64,000 nucleotides of DNA, taken from Limnovirga soli (GTDB lineage: Bacteria; Bacteroidota; Bacteroidia; Chitinophagales; Chitinophagaceae). Below the pieces are notes generated by a model that saw only the letters and a list, made by a program, of their open reading frames with translations, did not search any database and had not been told where the DNA came from. The stretch lies in contig NZ_WHPF01000010.1 of NCBI RefSeq assembly GCF_013106755.1, positions 162,335 through 226,334 of the forward strand, read 5' to 3'. The stretch's first letter is position 1. Each line of letters opens with the position of its first letter. Positions 27,513 to 38,165 of this stretch are shown here, piece after piece. Made by a program: the position numbers and the translations under genes.

Positions 27513-29606
27513 ATGCCTTTTCTTACCCCAAAAACTTTAAAAAAATACCCCTTCATCCGTTTGCTGGCAGCATTGGTTGCCGGTATAATATTGCAATGGT
27601 ATATCAGTTTCTCTCCAATATTTCTTTTATCTGCATTTCTTGTTGTTTTGTTACTGCTACTTCTGTTTAGCTTGTTACCCAACGCCCGAAAATTTACAGG
27701 TAAATGGCTGCAAGGCCAATTGATTTTATTTGTGTTTTGCATTGCTGGTGCCCTGCTTGTTTATTCAAAAGATATTAGGCACCGCAATAACTGGATTGGT
27801 GCAGTTTATCAGCCGGGCGATACCATCCTGATAAGCTTATCAGAACCACTGGTTGAAAAAACAAATAGCTATAAAGCGCAGGCTGCTGTAAAAGCCATAC
27901 AGCAAAATGGCAATTGGGTAAATGTACAGGGCAATATACTGGTGTATTTTAAAAAAGCTGATAGCCTGCCACCATTAGAATATGGTTCTGTAATAGCACT
28001 GTATAAAGCATTGCAACCCATCACCAATAGCGGTAATCCGGGTGCATTTGATTATAACCGCTATTGTTTGTTTCAGGATATTACCGCACAGGTATTTGTA
28101 CAAGATGAAGATTATACTGTTTTGCCGCAATCAGATAAAAACCTTTTGCAGCAATTGATTTTTAATACCCGTGACGCAGCATTAAATACCCTGCAGCAAT
28201 ATATTCCCGGCGATAAAGAAACAGGGGTGGCAGAAGCCCTGCTTATTGGTTACCGCAACGATTTGGATAAGGACCTGGTACAGGCCTATAGCAACACCGG
28301 CGTAGTACATATCATCGCTATTAGTGGCTTGCATTTGGGTATGATCTACGCATTGCTTCGTGTATTTTTCAGTTTCTTTAAAAAGCGAAAATGGTTGTTG
28401 ATTGTACAGCCACTCTCCATTTTGTTTGTGTTATGGGCATTTACATTGGTTGCAGGTGCCGCCCCTTCCATATTACGCTCTGCAGTAATGTTTACATTTA
28501 TCGTTATTGCGGAAAGCATTGGCCGCCGCACCAATATGTACAATACCCTGGCAGCCGCTGCTTTTTGTATGCTGATATACAATCCATTTATGCTTTGGGA
28601 TGTTGGTTTCCTGCTATCTTTTGCGGCGGTTATCAGTATTGTAAGTTTTATGGTACCGGTATATAACTGGTTTTATTTCAAAAATAAATTAGCCGATAAA
28701 ATTTGGGCGCTTACGGCTGTTACCATCTCGGCTCAGGTGCTTACAGTGCCTATCATTATTTTTTATTTTCACCAGTTTCCTAACCTGTTTCTGCTCACCA
28801 ATTTTATTGCCGTGCCACTCTCAGGTATTATTTTGTATGGGGAAATTATTTTAATTTGTTTGGCATTTATTCCATTGGTGGCCCATTATGTAGGCATTGC
28901 CCTTTTTGGGTTAATATGGTGTATGAATAGTTTTATTGAATTCATCAACCACCTGCCTTTTGCAGTTTGGAATAACCTGCAAATCTCCATTACCCAAACC
29001 TGGTTATTGTACCTGATTATTGTAAGTATATGCATATGGCTTTTAAGAAAATCCATAACAGCCTTGCTGTTTGCTGCAGGCGCATTTGCTGTATTGGCAT
29101 TATCACTTAGCGTTAATTGGTTACAGGCTGCCAGTCAGCAACAGCTAATTGTATTTAATGTACCCAAACACACTGCTATGGATGTATTGCAGGGCCACCA
29201 GTACCATTTTAAAGGCGATGAAGAGATAGTAGCAGATGGTTTTTTACGCAATTTCCACCTAAAACCTGCCCGTATTGCCTTTTATGTAAATACTGATACA
29301 GTCCCACTTTTATCCATCCCGCACAATACCATTTTCCAAATAAATAACACCACGGTTTTGGTAATAGATAGCCTGCTTAGCCTACCGTCGCCTGCACAAA
29401 AAATACCGGTAGATTATATTATTCTCAGCCATAATCCACCGGTAGATCTCAATCAATTGGTGCAATTTTTTGCCTGTAAAACCATTGTTTTCGATAGCAG
29501 CAATCCTTTGTGGAAAACAGAGCTATGGAAAAAAGACTGCGAAAACTTACATTTGCGCTTTCATTCAGTAGCCCAACAGGGTGCTTTTATCACAGATCTT
29601 AATTAA
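27513..29606 (+). CDS. comEC: ComEC/Rec2-family DNA internalization-related competence protein
   Basis: Polytopic membrane protein with the ComEC competence-domain signature SNTGVVHIIAISGLHLGMIYALL. Confidence 0.85.
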   Translation: MPFLTPKTLKKYPFIRLLAALVAGIILQWYISFSPIFLLSAFLVVLLLLLLFSLLPNARKFTGKWLQGQLILFVFCIAGALLVYSKDIRHRNNWIGAVYQPGDTILISLSEPLVEKTNSYKAQAAVKAIQQNGNWVNVQGNILVYFKKADSLPPLEYGSVIALYKALQPITNSGNPGAFDYNRYCLFQDITAQVFVQDEDYTVLPQSDKNLLQQLIFNTRDAALNTLQQYIPGDKETGVAEALLIGYRNDLDKDLVQAYSNTGVVHIIAISGLHLGMIYALLRVFFSFFKKRKWLLIVQPLSILFVLWAFTLVAGAAPSILRSAVMFTFIVIAESIGRRTNMYNTLAAAAFCMLIYNPFMLWDVGFLLSFAAVISIVSFMVPVYNWFYFKNKLADKIWALTAVTISAQVLTVPIIIFYFHQFPNLFLLTNFIAVPLSGIILYGEIILICLAFIPLVAHYVGIALFGLIWCMNSFIEFINHLPFAVWNNLQISITQTWLLYLIIVSICIWLLRKSITALLFAAGAFAVLALSLSVNWLQAASQQQLIVFNVPKHTAMDVLQGHQYHFKGDEEIVADGFLRNFHLKPARIAFYVNTDTVPLLSIPHNTIFQINNTTVLVIDSLLSLPSPAQKIPVDYIILSHNPPVDLNQLVQFFACKTIVFDSSNPLWKTELWKKDCENLHLRFHSVAQQGAFITDLN

Positions 29607-29646
29607 AAAAGGCAGCAGGTTATTTTGTAACAGTACAAAAATTAGG

Positions 29647-29696
29647 TGCCCGGCAACAGAATCAAATAGCAGCATTCTTGCGTCGCACACTTGTAC
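29647..29696 (+). repeat. Family-1 element (box TGCCCGGCAACAG; core TTGCGTCGCACACTTGTAC 29678-29696) between the ComEC stop and the purH start
   Basis: Direct read. Confidence 0.85.
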
Positions 29697-29762
29697 GTTC
29701 TGATTAAGTATCAGCAACACAGTACCCAATTTGCCAATAAAACAGTATCAATCATCATTGCC

Positions 29763-31280
29763 ATGCAAAAGAAAATTCAATCTGCACTTATTTCCGTTTT
29801 TTATAAGGATGGTCTTGCCCCTGTTGTAAAAGAATTGGAGCGCCTGGGTATTACCATTTATACCACCGGCGGCACCCAAAAATTTATTGAAGATCTGGGT
29901 ATTTCCTGTGTGGCGGTAGAAAGCCTAACCACCTACCCTTCTATTTTGGGTGGCCGAGTAAAAACATTGCACCCTGCTGTGTTTGGTGGTATTTTGGGCA
30001 GAAGAAGTGTTGCACAGGATCTTGTAGAAATGAAAGAATATAATATTCCCGAAATAGATCTGGTAATTGTTGACCTGTATCCTTTCGAGGAAACCTTACG
30101 TACCACCAGCGAAGAAAAACTAATTATAGAAAAAATAGATATTGGCGGCCCATCTATGATTCGCGCCGCAGCAAAAAACTTCAGCGATCTGGTTGTAATC
30201 GCGGCCAAAGACGATTATGCTTCACTGGTACAAATTTTAGAAACCCAGCATGGAGAAACATCGCTTGATCAACGCAAAGCCTATGCTGCAAAAGCTTTTG
30301 AAGTAGTAATGAATTACGATATTGCTATCAACAACTACTTTAACGGTAGCATTTTACAACCATTAACGCATAAACAATCCATGCGCTATGGCGAAAACCC
30401 ACATCAACAGGCTTCATTTTATGGTAATCTTGCCGAAATGTTTAACCAATTAAATGGTAAAGAATTATCTTATAATAACCTGGTAGATGTGGATGCAGCT
30501 ATTCAGCTTATTACCGAATTTCCGGCAGCCACTGCTGCAGAAGCGGTATTTGCCATTATTAAACACACCAATGTATGCGGTGTAGCTGCCAGGGCAACTG
30601 TAAAAGAAAGCTGGGATGCCGCTTTAGCCGGCGATCCTGAAAGTGCATTTGGCGGCGTACTTGTTAGTAACGGCACCATAGATAAAGCAACCGCCGAAGC
30701 CATTAACGAAATATTTTTTGAAGTTTTAATTGCCCCTTCATTTGATGAAGATGCACTGGCCGTTCTTAAAAGCAAAAAGAACAGAATTTTATTACAATTA
30801 CAGGCCAATTTAGCTAAACCAACCCTGCAATTCAGGTCATTATTAAATGGTACGCTGGTACAGGGTACAGATATGGGCAATTATACTGACTGGAAAGAAG
30901 TTGGTGGCCGCGAAACCACTGCGGCCGAAAAATCAGATCTCAGCTTTGCCAATATCATCTGCAAACATTTGAAAAGTAATGCCATTGCACTTATTAAAAA
31001 CAAACAACTTATCGGCAAAGGTTGCGGACAAACCAGCCGTATAGATTCCCTGCGCCAGAGTATTGATAAGGCCAAACAATTTAATTTCGATCTGCATGGT
31101 GCGGTGTTGGCCAGTGATGCCTTCTTTCCTTTTAACGATTGTGTGCAAATGTCTCATGCCGAAGGTATTGAAGCATTTATACAGCCAGGTGGTTCTATCA
31201 GGGATAAAGACAGCATTGAGTATTGTGTAGCACATTCTTTGGCAATGGTAATGACCGGCTTAAGGCATTTTAAACATTAA
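29763..31280 (+). CDS. purH: Bifunctional AICAR formyltransferase / IMP cyclohydrolase
   Basis: ALISVFYKDGLAPVVKELERLGITIYTTGGT (MGS-like domain) and GGRVKTLHP. The ATG at 29763 is preferred; the upstream extension in the track covers a repeat element. Confidence 0.92.
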   Translation: MQKKIQSALISVFYKDGLAPVVKELERLGITIYTTGGTQKFIEDLGISCVAVESLTTYPSILGGRVKTLHPAVFGGILGRRSVAQDLVEMKEYNIPEIDLVIVDLYPFEETLRTTSEEKLIIEKIDIGGPSMIRAAAKNFSDLVVIAAKDDYASLVQILETQHGETSLDQRKAYAAKAFEVVMNYDIAINNYFNGSILQPLTHKQSMRYGENPHQQASFYGNLAEMFNQLNGKELSYNNLVDVDAAIQLITEFPAATAAEAVFAIIKHTNVCGVAARATVKESWDAALAGDPESAFGGVLVSNGTIDKATAEAINEIFFEVLIAPSFDEDALAVLKSKKNRILLQLQANLAKPTLQFRSLLNGTLVQGTDMGNYTDWKEVGGRETTAAEKSDLSFANIICKHLKSNAIALIKNKQLIGKGCGQTSRIDSLRQSIDKAKQFNFDLHGAVLASDAFFPFNDCVQMSHAEGIEAFIQPGGSIRDKDSIEYCVAHSLAMVMTGLRHFKH

Positions 31281-31354
31281 GATGGTTTTTTCTTCGGGTA
31301 AAATTGAAATAATATCCATGTAAAACAAGGCTCAACAAACGGGGTTTGTACGCT

Positions 31355-32284
31355 ATGAGAAATAACAACCAACATACCCTTGCCAATAGCGGTGGCGGCA
31401 ATAAACAAAAAGCCTATCTCGCATTGGCAGGCACCAGTATCATTTGGGGTACTACCTGGGTAGCCAGCCGTGTTGGTGTGCAACATATGCCAGGTTTGCA
31501 GCTTTCCTATTTACGCCAGTTTATTTCAGGTGCTATACTGCTTATTTTTTTTCTGATAAAGGGAGAAAAACTGCCCACCTGGCAACAGTTTAAATGGCTG
31601 GCTTTACTTTCTGTATTTATGTTTGTTTTGGCCAATGGGTTAAGTAGCTGGTGTGTAAAATATATTAGTAGCGGACTTGCATCTTTAATAAGTGCCTTAT
31701 ACCCGCTTTGTGTGGTTATAATTGAAATGATTTTTTACAAGAAACGCAACAACTCCCCACTCACTCTCATAGGCCTTGTGATTGGCATTATTGGTGTGGC
31801 TGTAGTTTTTTATGAAAATGCTTTTCACGAACAACCTGCCGGCTATGGCTTTGGCGTTTTGCTGGGTTTTCTGGCCATGTTTGGCTGGACCATCGGCACC
31901 ATCCTGGTGTCGCGGAATAAATACCAAATGAACCCCTATTATGCATTGGGCTGGCAAATGTTTATTTCATCCTTTATTATTTTTATAGCGGCCAATTTAA
32001 CCGGCAATACTATTCCCCTTAGCGATATTCCTTATCAATCCTGGTTGGCCATTGCTTACCTGGTGAGCATGGGTTCTTTAATTGCTTTTATGGCATTTAT
32101 TTATTCCATAAAAAACCTGCCGCCAGCTATTTCTTCTTTGTATGCTTATATCAATCCGTTGGTAGCTATGTTGGTGGGTGCCTTGCTGTTAAACGAACCA
32201 TTAACCACCTATATTATTGCCGGCGCCTGTATTACTTTGTTTGGTGTTTATCTGGTAAATTATAGCATCAAAAAAATGAAATAA
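31355..32284 (+). CDS. DMT-superfamily (EamA-like) transporter
   Basis: Ten predicted TM helices with duplicated EamA-like halves. The first in-frame ATG is at 31355 (the track start at 31346 is TTG). Confidence 0.8.
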   Translation: MRNNNQHTLANSGGGNKQKAYLALAGTSIIWGTTWVASRVGVQHMPGLQLSYLRQFISGAILLIFFLIKGEKLPTWQQFKWLALLSVFMFVLANGLSSWCVKYISSGLASLISALYPLCVVIIEMIFYKKRNNSPLTLIGLVIGIIGVAVVFYENAFHEQPAGYGFGVLLGFLAMFGWTIGTILVSRNKYQMNPYYALGWQMFISSFIIFIAANLTGNTIPLSDIPYQSWLAIAYLVSMGSLIAFMAFIYSIKNLPPAISSLYAYINPLVAMLVGALLLNEPLTTYIIAGACITLFGVYLVNYSIKKMK

Positions 32285-32340
32285 TCTGTATTTATTTCTG
32301 TTATTTTTTTTTGTTACCAGCCAATAATCAATATGCAGCT

Positions 32341-32384
32341 TTACTTGCCACGCTCGGTTCAGGGTTCCTCCTTTGTGGCAGCTG
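32341..32384 (-). repeat. Family-2 element, reverse orientation (CTTGCCACGCTCGGTTCAGGGTTCCTCCTTTGTGGCAGC)
   Basis: Direct read. Confidence 0.8.
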
Positions 32385-32466
32385 ATAATATGTTGGTGTA
32401 TATTTTTTACTCTTTGCTAGATCCAGGTTATGGGTCCAAAATACCTTGTTGAAGTATATCCCAAAC

Positions 32467-32515
32467 GAACAAGAGTGCGACGCAAGCGGCGATGATAGCA
32501 TTGGTATAGCCGGGC
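32467..32515 (-). repeat. Family-1 element (core GAACAAGAGTGCGACGCAAG; box AGCCGGGC 32508-32515) abutting the stop of the gene at 32515
   Basis: Direct read. Confidence 0.8.
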
Positions 32516-33843
32516 TAATGATACTTTTTTACACGCGGAAAATTATTCAAAATAAAAAGGCGGTACATTTCTCTCCAATCTTGCCATTCCTTTTGCTCAG
32601 TTAAAAAATGATTGTGAAAAATGGTAATCAGTGTGCCGCCTGTGGCTTTTGTGATATCATGGTAATATTGTAATTCTTTGGCGGCAGTCTCGGCGGTATA
32701 ATGCTGTTCAAAAAAAGAGTTGGCCTCCATATAGCAAAAAGGGTGAATTAACAATGGTGTGGCCATGTTTGCTGCAAGATTAAACCAGTAAAAAGGTGTG
32801 GCAACCGAAGCCCTGAAACCATTGATGCTGCCATATCCCATAGAATAATCGTGCTGAATTCCTGCTTGTAAAAGCTGACTATACGTTTCAGGGAGATTCA
32901 TTTTAATATAGTGCTGTCTGCTATGGGTTACTGGCTTCCCTGTTATGCTTTGTAATAACGAAATTTCTTGCTGTACAACCGCATGGCTATTATTGCTTTG
33001 CCAGGAAGGGTGAATGCCGGTTATATATTTTTTGTGCAGCCAGCGTATTAACTGCTGCATGTATTTATTGTTAGGAGAAATGTTTTTATCGTAGGCTTTT
33101 CTTTTTTGGGCCAATAAAAAAAAGTATACCGGATGCAGGTTGCATATTTCGTGCATAGCATCCATAAAATCATAATTTACAAAGGGGTCTTTCATGCCCA
33201 TTAATAGTACCCCGGCTCTCTCCAATACCTTGTTTATACGGCCGGTGAAAAGATCCTTAATAAATCCCCCAATATTTTGAATTAGCGGTTTATGTAAATA
33301 GCAATAGGCAATATCAATATCGTAAGTGGGCAAAAATTTAAAATCTGGTTTTGGAATGCGTATTAATGGCTGTTGTTGCTGCAGCATTGCGATGGTGGCT
33401 GCCACCCATTGGTTTACCAGCGGTGCCTGTAGAAAATTATGTTGATATGCCAGACTATTGGTATGCGCATAACGGCCATAAGCATCCTGCTGATTGGGCA
33501 GGTATTCTTCATAGCGGCTAACAAGGTAAAAGCTGGCTGCCAGCAAATCAAATGGCAGGTGGCCATTAGTACCAAAAAAAACCGGCATGCCTTTCCATTG
33601 CGTTACCAGAATTTGTTGCTGCGCTATATCCTCCTGTTCCAATAAACCGTGGGGTTGTATCCACAGTTCCAGACTGCAAACGGGCGCCGCGGTATAATTT
33701 ATTTTAAAACAATGGGTGGTATTTATAAATGCTGCTTTATCCTTTGTGCATTGTACCGTTAAACCGCCAATAGTACCAAACAGCAGTGCTGTGGTATATT
33801 CTATTCGGCTGGTGATATGGGGAGTATAAATTAGCAGTTTCAT
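32515..33843 (-). CDS. Polysaccharide deacetylase-like family protein (tentative)
   Basis: N-terminal MKLLIYTPHITSRIEYT, a PTYDIDIA (DxD-like) segment and a GIHPSWQSN segment resemble NodB-like deacetylase-family proteins of Bacteroidota. Recalled from memory and not verified. Confidence 0.45.
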   Translation of the reverse strand: MKLLIYTPHITSRIEYTTALLFGTIGGLTVQCTKDKAAFINTTHCFKINYTAAPVCSLELWIQPHGLLEQEDIAQQQILVTQWKGMPVFFGTNGHLPFDLLAASFYLVSRYEEYLPNQQDAYGRYAHTNSLAYQHNFLQAPLVNQWVAATIAMLQQQQPLIRIPKPDFKFLPTYDIDIAYCYLHKPLIQNIGGFIKDLFTGRINKVLERAGVLLMGMKDPFVNYDFMDAMHEICNLHPVYFFLLAQKRKAYDKNISPNNKYMQQLIRWLHKKYITGIHPSWQSNNSHAVVQQEISLLQSITGKPVTHSRQHYIKMNLPETYSQLLQAGIQHDYSMGYGSINGFRASVATPFYWFNLAANMATPLLIHPFCYMEANSFFEQHYTAETAAKELQYYHDITKATGGTLITIFHNHFLTEQKEWQDWREMYRLFILNNFPRVKKYH

Positions 33844-33922
33844 ACGCACAAGGGCACTATAAGCTATCTGAATTTGATGATGATTGTTTTGCTGCAACCT
33901 TTAGCTGCATAAAGAACCAACC

Positions 33923-33970
33923 GTACAAGTGAGTGACACAACGGAAGCTTATACTTGATATACAGCCTGC
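33923..33970 (-). repeat. Family-1 variant-core element (GTACAAGTGAGTGACACAAC + TACAGCCTGC box)
   Basis: Direct read. Confidence 0.75.
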
Positions 33971-33982
33971 TTAATAAAAGCA

Positions 33983-35359
33983 TTATTGGTTATGTTGCTC
34001 TTTCCACATTTCGTTAAAGGTTTTCTGGCTAAAATGCAGTTCGCTTCTGTGGGTTGTCCAGCCTTTAAAAACTTTATTCACTACCCAGTTTTTCAGGTTG
34101 CCATTACCTATATTCATCATACTGCGGTTAAGGCTGCTTTGGCGCCATACTTTCCAGGCAATTCTTTCGCTAAGGCTGCTTTCGCCCTGTGCTACGGCTT
34201 CCTGTCTGTTTTCGAGCAGTAGTTCGTGCAAGTTTATTTTTACGGCGCACACCTGTGTACAATTGCCACATAAGGAGGAGGCATTGCTTAGATGTTTATA
34301 ATCGCCCATGTTTTTTAAATGCGGCGTTATTACGCTGCCAATGGGGCCGCTATAGGTAGTTTCATAACTATGTCCGCCAATATTTTTATACACCGGGCAA
34401 GCATTTAAACAGGCACCGCAACGTATGCAATAAAGCGCTTCCCTTGTTTTGGCATTAGCCAATAAATTAGTGCGGCCATTGTTTAACAGAATAACATACA
34501 TTTCTTCGGGACCATCCTTTTCGTTGGGTTGTTTGGGGCCACTTACAATGCTATTGTATACGGTAACCTGCTGGCCTGTGCCATAGGTAGATAATAAGGG
34601 CCAGAACAATGCCAGATCGTTGATAGATGGAATCATTTTTTCTATACCCACCACAACAATATGTGTGGGTGGCCAGGCGCAACTTAGCCGGGCATTGCCT
34701 TCATTTTCGGTAATGGCGATGGAACCGGTATCGGCTATAATAAAATTGGCGCCGGTAACACCTACCTGTGCAGCAGTATATTTTGTTCTAAGTTTATCTC
34801 TTGCAACAAGCGTAAGCTGTTCTGGAGTTAAACCCGGTGGCACCCCAAGTTTTTCTACAAATAATTTGGCAACATCTTCTTTGCTTTTGTGCATGGCGGG
34901 TGTAACAATATGGTAGGGAGGTTCACCATCCAGCTGTTGTATGTATTCGCCCAAATCGGTTTCTACACTTTCAATACCATTTTTCTCCAGAAAATCATTC
35001 AGGTGAATTTCTTCTGTTACCATGCTTTTGCTTTTTACCAGCGTGGTACAGTTTTTTGCTGCACATATTTTACCAATTTCGGCAAGGGCATCATCGGCAG
35101 TATCGGCCCATATTACTTTTGCGCCGCGTTCAGATATTTTTTTCTCAAACTCTTCCAGGTATTTATCCAGATTTTCTATGGCACGCCACTTAGCATTTTT
35201 AGCCCTTTCTCTTGCCAGCATTACATCGGTAAACTGTTCTTTGCCAATAGGCACTACGGCATTATATTTAGCTATATTAAAATTAATCTTGCGCCGATGC
35301 TCCATGTCGGCAGCTTTAATAGTGCTTTTGGCAATAAATGAGGCAGCTGTATCGGTCAT
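33983..35359 (-). CDS. LutB/YkgF-like iron-sulfur protein (lactate utilization protein B family, LUD domain plus 4Fe-4S ferredoxin)
   Basis: Ferredoxin motif CIRCGACLNACPVYKNIGGH and a second cysteine cluster CGNCTQVCAVKI. Confidence 0.8.
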   Translation of the reverse strand: MTDTAASFIAKSTIKAADMEHRRKINFNIAKYNAVVPIGKEQFTDVMLARERAKNAKWRAIENLDKYLEEFEKKISERGAKVIWADTADDALAEIGKICAAKNCTTLVKSKSMVTEEIHLNDFLEKNGIESVETDLGEYIQQLDGEPPYHIVTPAMHKSKEDVAKLFVEKLGVPPGLTPEQLTLVARDKLRTKYTAAQVGVTGANFIIADTGSIAITENEGNARLSCAWPPTHIVVVGIEKMIPSINDLALFWPLLSTYGTGQQVTVYNSIVSGPKQPNEKDGPEEMYVILLNNGRTNLLANAKTREALYCIRCGACLNACPVYKNIGGHSYETTYSGPIGSVITPHLKNMGDYKHLSNASSLCGNCTQVCAVKINLHELLLENRQEAVAQGESSLSERIAWKVWRQSSLNRSMMNIGNGNLKNWVVNKVFKGWTTHRSELHFSQKTFNEMWKEQHNQ

Positions 35360-35384
35360 AAAGAATTAGGTTTAATTGCTTTAA

Positions 35385-35978
35385 TTAATCTGGCTGTTGG
35401 CTATTCATGTGTTCTGCGGTAGCGGCAAGGGTATCATAAAACTCCTGCCCGTATTTTCTTATAATAGATTCTTTTAGAAAAATATATACAGGCACTTTTA
35501 ATTTTTTGCCCAGATTGCAGGCGGCTTTGCACAAATCTTCCCGAGGTTCATAGTTTACATATTCCAGATCGGGGTCCAGTTTGCTTTTTTGAATGCGGAT
35601 TGGATACAAATGACAGCTGATAGGTTTTTTCCATTCCAGTTTACCATCATAATAAGCCTGTTCGATACCGCATTTTAAAATGCCCTTATTGTCTCTAAAA
35701 CCATAGGCACACATTTCGCCTTTAATGGTGGGCGTTACCCAGCCAAAATGGGCATCATATGCATATTTGCCCTGCTTTTCAATGGCAGCCAAACCGGCTG
35801 TTGTTAAATAGGGTTTTATTACTTCAAAGTGTTGAATTATCTCATCCAATTCCCAATCTTCCAATGGGGCGCCGGCATCACCATCTTCACAGCATCCGCC
35901 TTTGCACTTGCTTAAATCGCAAACAAATTGTTCTTCAATTATATGGTCGCTTACCAGTTTATTATCAATTGCTATCAT
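35385..35978 (-). CDS. DUF3109-like cysteine-rich protein, hypothetical
   Basis: CDLSKCKGGCCEDGDAG motif. Confidence 0.5.
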   Translation of the reverse strand: MIAIDNKLVSDHIIEEQFVCDLSKCKGGCCEDGDAGAPLEDWELDEIIQHFEVIKPYLTTAGLAAIEKQGKYAYDAHFGWVTPTIKGEMCAYGFRDNKGILKCGIEQAYYDGKLEWKKPISCHLYPIRIQKSKLDPDLEYVNYEPREDLCKAACNLGKKLKVPVYIFLKESIIRKYGQEFYDTLAATAEHMNSQQPD

Positions 35979-36261
35979 AAAATATACCCCGTTTCTGTTG
36001 CTTACAGCTATTTAATAGCAGCAAATATACGTATAACGAAACGCTATGGCACAACTGTTGAATGCTATAGCCAAAGCGAATCATCACCAAAATTGCTCTA
36101 AATGAAAAAGCCGCATTTATCCGCCAGCACTTTTTGCTGGCAGGAATAAACAGTTATTTTATTTAATTATTAATTATATATTTAATAGCTAACTCAAACA
36201 AGGGTATCCTGTTACATGTAAAACACCATAACAATTGTTTTTTACCAACTAAAACAAACTT

Positions 36262-37002
36262 ATGAGTTTACAAGTAATTGGTGCCGGTTTTGGAAGAACA
36301 GGCACCATGTCTACCTACAAAGCCCTGATAGAACTGGGCTTTCCCTGCTATCATATGAAGGAGATTATCCTTAACAAAGCCAATGCCTCGCATATTGATT
36401 TTTGGGACAAGGTTACCAATGCCCCCGCAGGACAGCAACACAACTGGAATGAAGTGTTTGCCAATTATACTGCCGCAGTAGATAACCCAGCCTGTTGTGT
36501 ATGGCATGAGTTAATGGTTGCTTACCCCAATGCCAAGGTGTTGTTAACCGTGCATCCCGGCGGCGCCGAAGCCTGGTACAACAGCACCATGGATACCATT
36601 TATTTTACTGAAACCTTATGGCAGTTTAAAGTACTAAAAGCCGTTGTACCGGCCATGCGCAAATTTGGCAATATCTCCAAAAACCTTATCTGGAAACGCT
36701 CTCACAAGGGCACTATGGAAAATAAAGCTGCCGCCATTGCACATTATCATGCACATATTGAGGAAGTAAAAGCAACAGTGCCTGCAGAAAAATTACTCGT
36801 CTTTAATGTAACCGAGGGCTGGGAGCCGCTATGTACATTTCTTGGTGTAGATATTCCTGCTACCCCTTTCCCTAACGTAAACGACAGGGCCGAGATTAAG
36901 AAAACCATTAGCGATTTTACCAAAGGCGCCTATGTTATTCTGGCTATTGGTGCAGCGGTACTTTTACTGGCAGCCTTTTTACTTTTTAAATTTTTTGCCT
37001 AA
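36262..37002 (+). CDS. Sulfotransferase-family protein (NodH-like PAPS-binding loop) with C-terminal TM anchor
   Basis: GAGFGRTGTMS P-loop-like 5'-PSB motif. C-terminal hydrophobic tail AYVILAIGAAVLLLAAFLLF. Confidence 0.6.
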   Translation: MSLQVIGAGFGRTGTMSTYKALIELGFPCYHMKEIILNKANASHIDFWDKVTNAPAGQQHNWNEVFANYTAAVDNPACCVWHELMVAYPNAKVLLTVHPGGAEAWYNSTMDTIYFTETLWQFKVLKAVVPAMRKFGNISKNLIWKRSHKGTMENKAAAIAHYHAHIEEVKATVPAEKLLVFNVTEGWEPLCTFLGVDIPATPFPNVNDRAEIKKTISDFTKGAYVILAIGAAVLLLAAFLLFKFFA

Positions 37003-37033
37003 CCAAGGTGATGGAAGGTTTGGCATTTTTTTG

Positions 37034-37083
37034 GGCCAGGCAATAGATTCAATTGCGGCTTTACTTGCGTCGCACACTTGTAC
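37034..37083 (+). repeat. Family-1 element (GGCCAGGCAATAG ... CTTTACTTGCGTCGCACACTTGTAC)
   Basis: Direct read. Confidence 0.85.
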
Positions 37084-37184
37084 GGCGGGATGATTGGGCA
37101 GCTTTTATACAGCCGGGGAATAGCAGATTGTTTTAAACATGTTTTTAAATAACAGTAGCAGGTGCTCATCTCCTGCTATTGTTA

Positions 37185-38165
37185 TTAATGGTTTAATGGC
37201 CGCTTTTTTATCATACCCCCTTTGGTATCTTTTACACTGCTCATTATAACAAAAGCATGTGGATCAATCTTTTCAATTTCAGTGTTTAGTTTGTTTAATT
37301 CAAGTCGGGTAATCACGGTATATACAATATCTATATCGTTTTTCTCGCCATGTTTGCCAAAACCCCGCTGGCCCTTATATACAGTTACGCCCCTGCCCAT
37401 AACATCAATAATCATCAGCCTTATATCGTTGCTGTGGGTAGAAATAATGGTAACGCCGGTATATTCTTCAATTCCCTCAATTACAAAGTCGAGTGTTTTA
37501 GATGCCGCCAGATAGGTAATCATAGAGTACAACGCAATTTCAATCGATAACAAATAAGCTGCCGCAGAAAAAATAACCACGTTTATGACAATGATAATAT
37601 CACCAATGGTGGCGCCAAATTTTTTACTTAAAAAAATGGCCAGTACTTCGGTGCCATCAATCACCGCACCGCCCCTTACCGAAAGGCCAATTCCTGCACC
37701 CAGAAAAAAGCCACCAAAAATGGCTACCAGCAAATTGTCTTTGGTAATATCCGGAAACTGCACCGTAGCCAGTACCAGTGCCAAACCCGAAATGGCCAAA
37801 GCTGTTTTTATGGCAAAGGCTTTACCCACCACATTATAGCCCAGAATAACAAAGGGAATATTAATGCAAATAATCAACAGATACAGGGGGATAGAAGTTA
37901 GGGCAGAAATTAGCAACGATATACCTGTTGCACCCCCATCAATAAAATGATTGGTTAATAAAAAACCTTTAAACCCAAATGCCGCTGAAAAAATGCCCAG
38001 TGTTATCAATACCACATCTTTTAATGTGTGGGTAAAAATGATTTTTAATTCACGAAACTTTTTAGCCAATTGAAACTGAGAATACGCCGGGCTTTCACCA
38101 GCAATGGATTTGCCTTTTTTGTTCTTTAATGTTTGTACTACAATTTGCGTGAAAAAATGATTCAT
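37185..38165 (-). CDS. YitT-family membrane protein (DUF161/DUF2179)
   Basis: Polytopic N-terminal region plus the C-terminal DUF2179-like segment TGVTIISTHSNDIRLMIIDVMGRGVTVYKGQRGFG. Confidence 0.75.
   Translation of the reverse strand: MNHFFTQIVVQTLKNKKGKSIAGESPAYSQFQLAKKFRELKIIFTHTLKDVVLITLGIFSAAFGFKGFLLTNHFIDGGATGISLLISALTSIPLYLLIICINIPFVILGYNVVGKAFAIKTALAISGLALVLATVQFPDITKDNLLVAIFGGFFLGAGIGLSVRGGAVIDGTEVLAIFLSKKFGATIGDIIIVINVVIFSAAAYLLSIEIALYSMITYLAASKTLDFVIEGIEEYTGVTIISTHSNDIRLMIIDVMGRGVTVYKGQRGFGKHGEKNDIDIVYTVITRLELNKLNTEIEKIDPHAFVIMSSVKDTKGGMIKKRPLNH

Noticed and set aside
29691-29762. N-terminal extensions in the ORF track (for example 29691, 54871, 25718, 23936, 17055, 33897, 15409, 9313) and alternative-codon starts (1523, 5329, 31346, 38524, 53418, 59639)
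   Set aside because: Conserved protein N-termini (signal peptides, Rossmann motifs, purH and pdxA starts) begin at downstream ATGs. Several of the extensions run through intergenic repeat elements. The track evidently allows TTG and GTG as start codons.
36118-36147. Hairpin GCCAGCACTTTTTGCTGGC in the divergent promoter region between the DUF3109 and sulfotransferase genes
   Set aside because: It is not followed by a T-run on either strand and is far from any gene end. It is an unexplained short hairpin, not a terminator.
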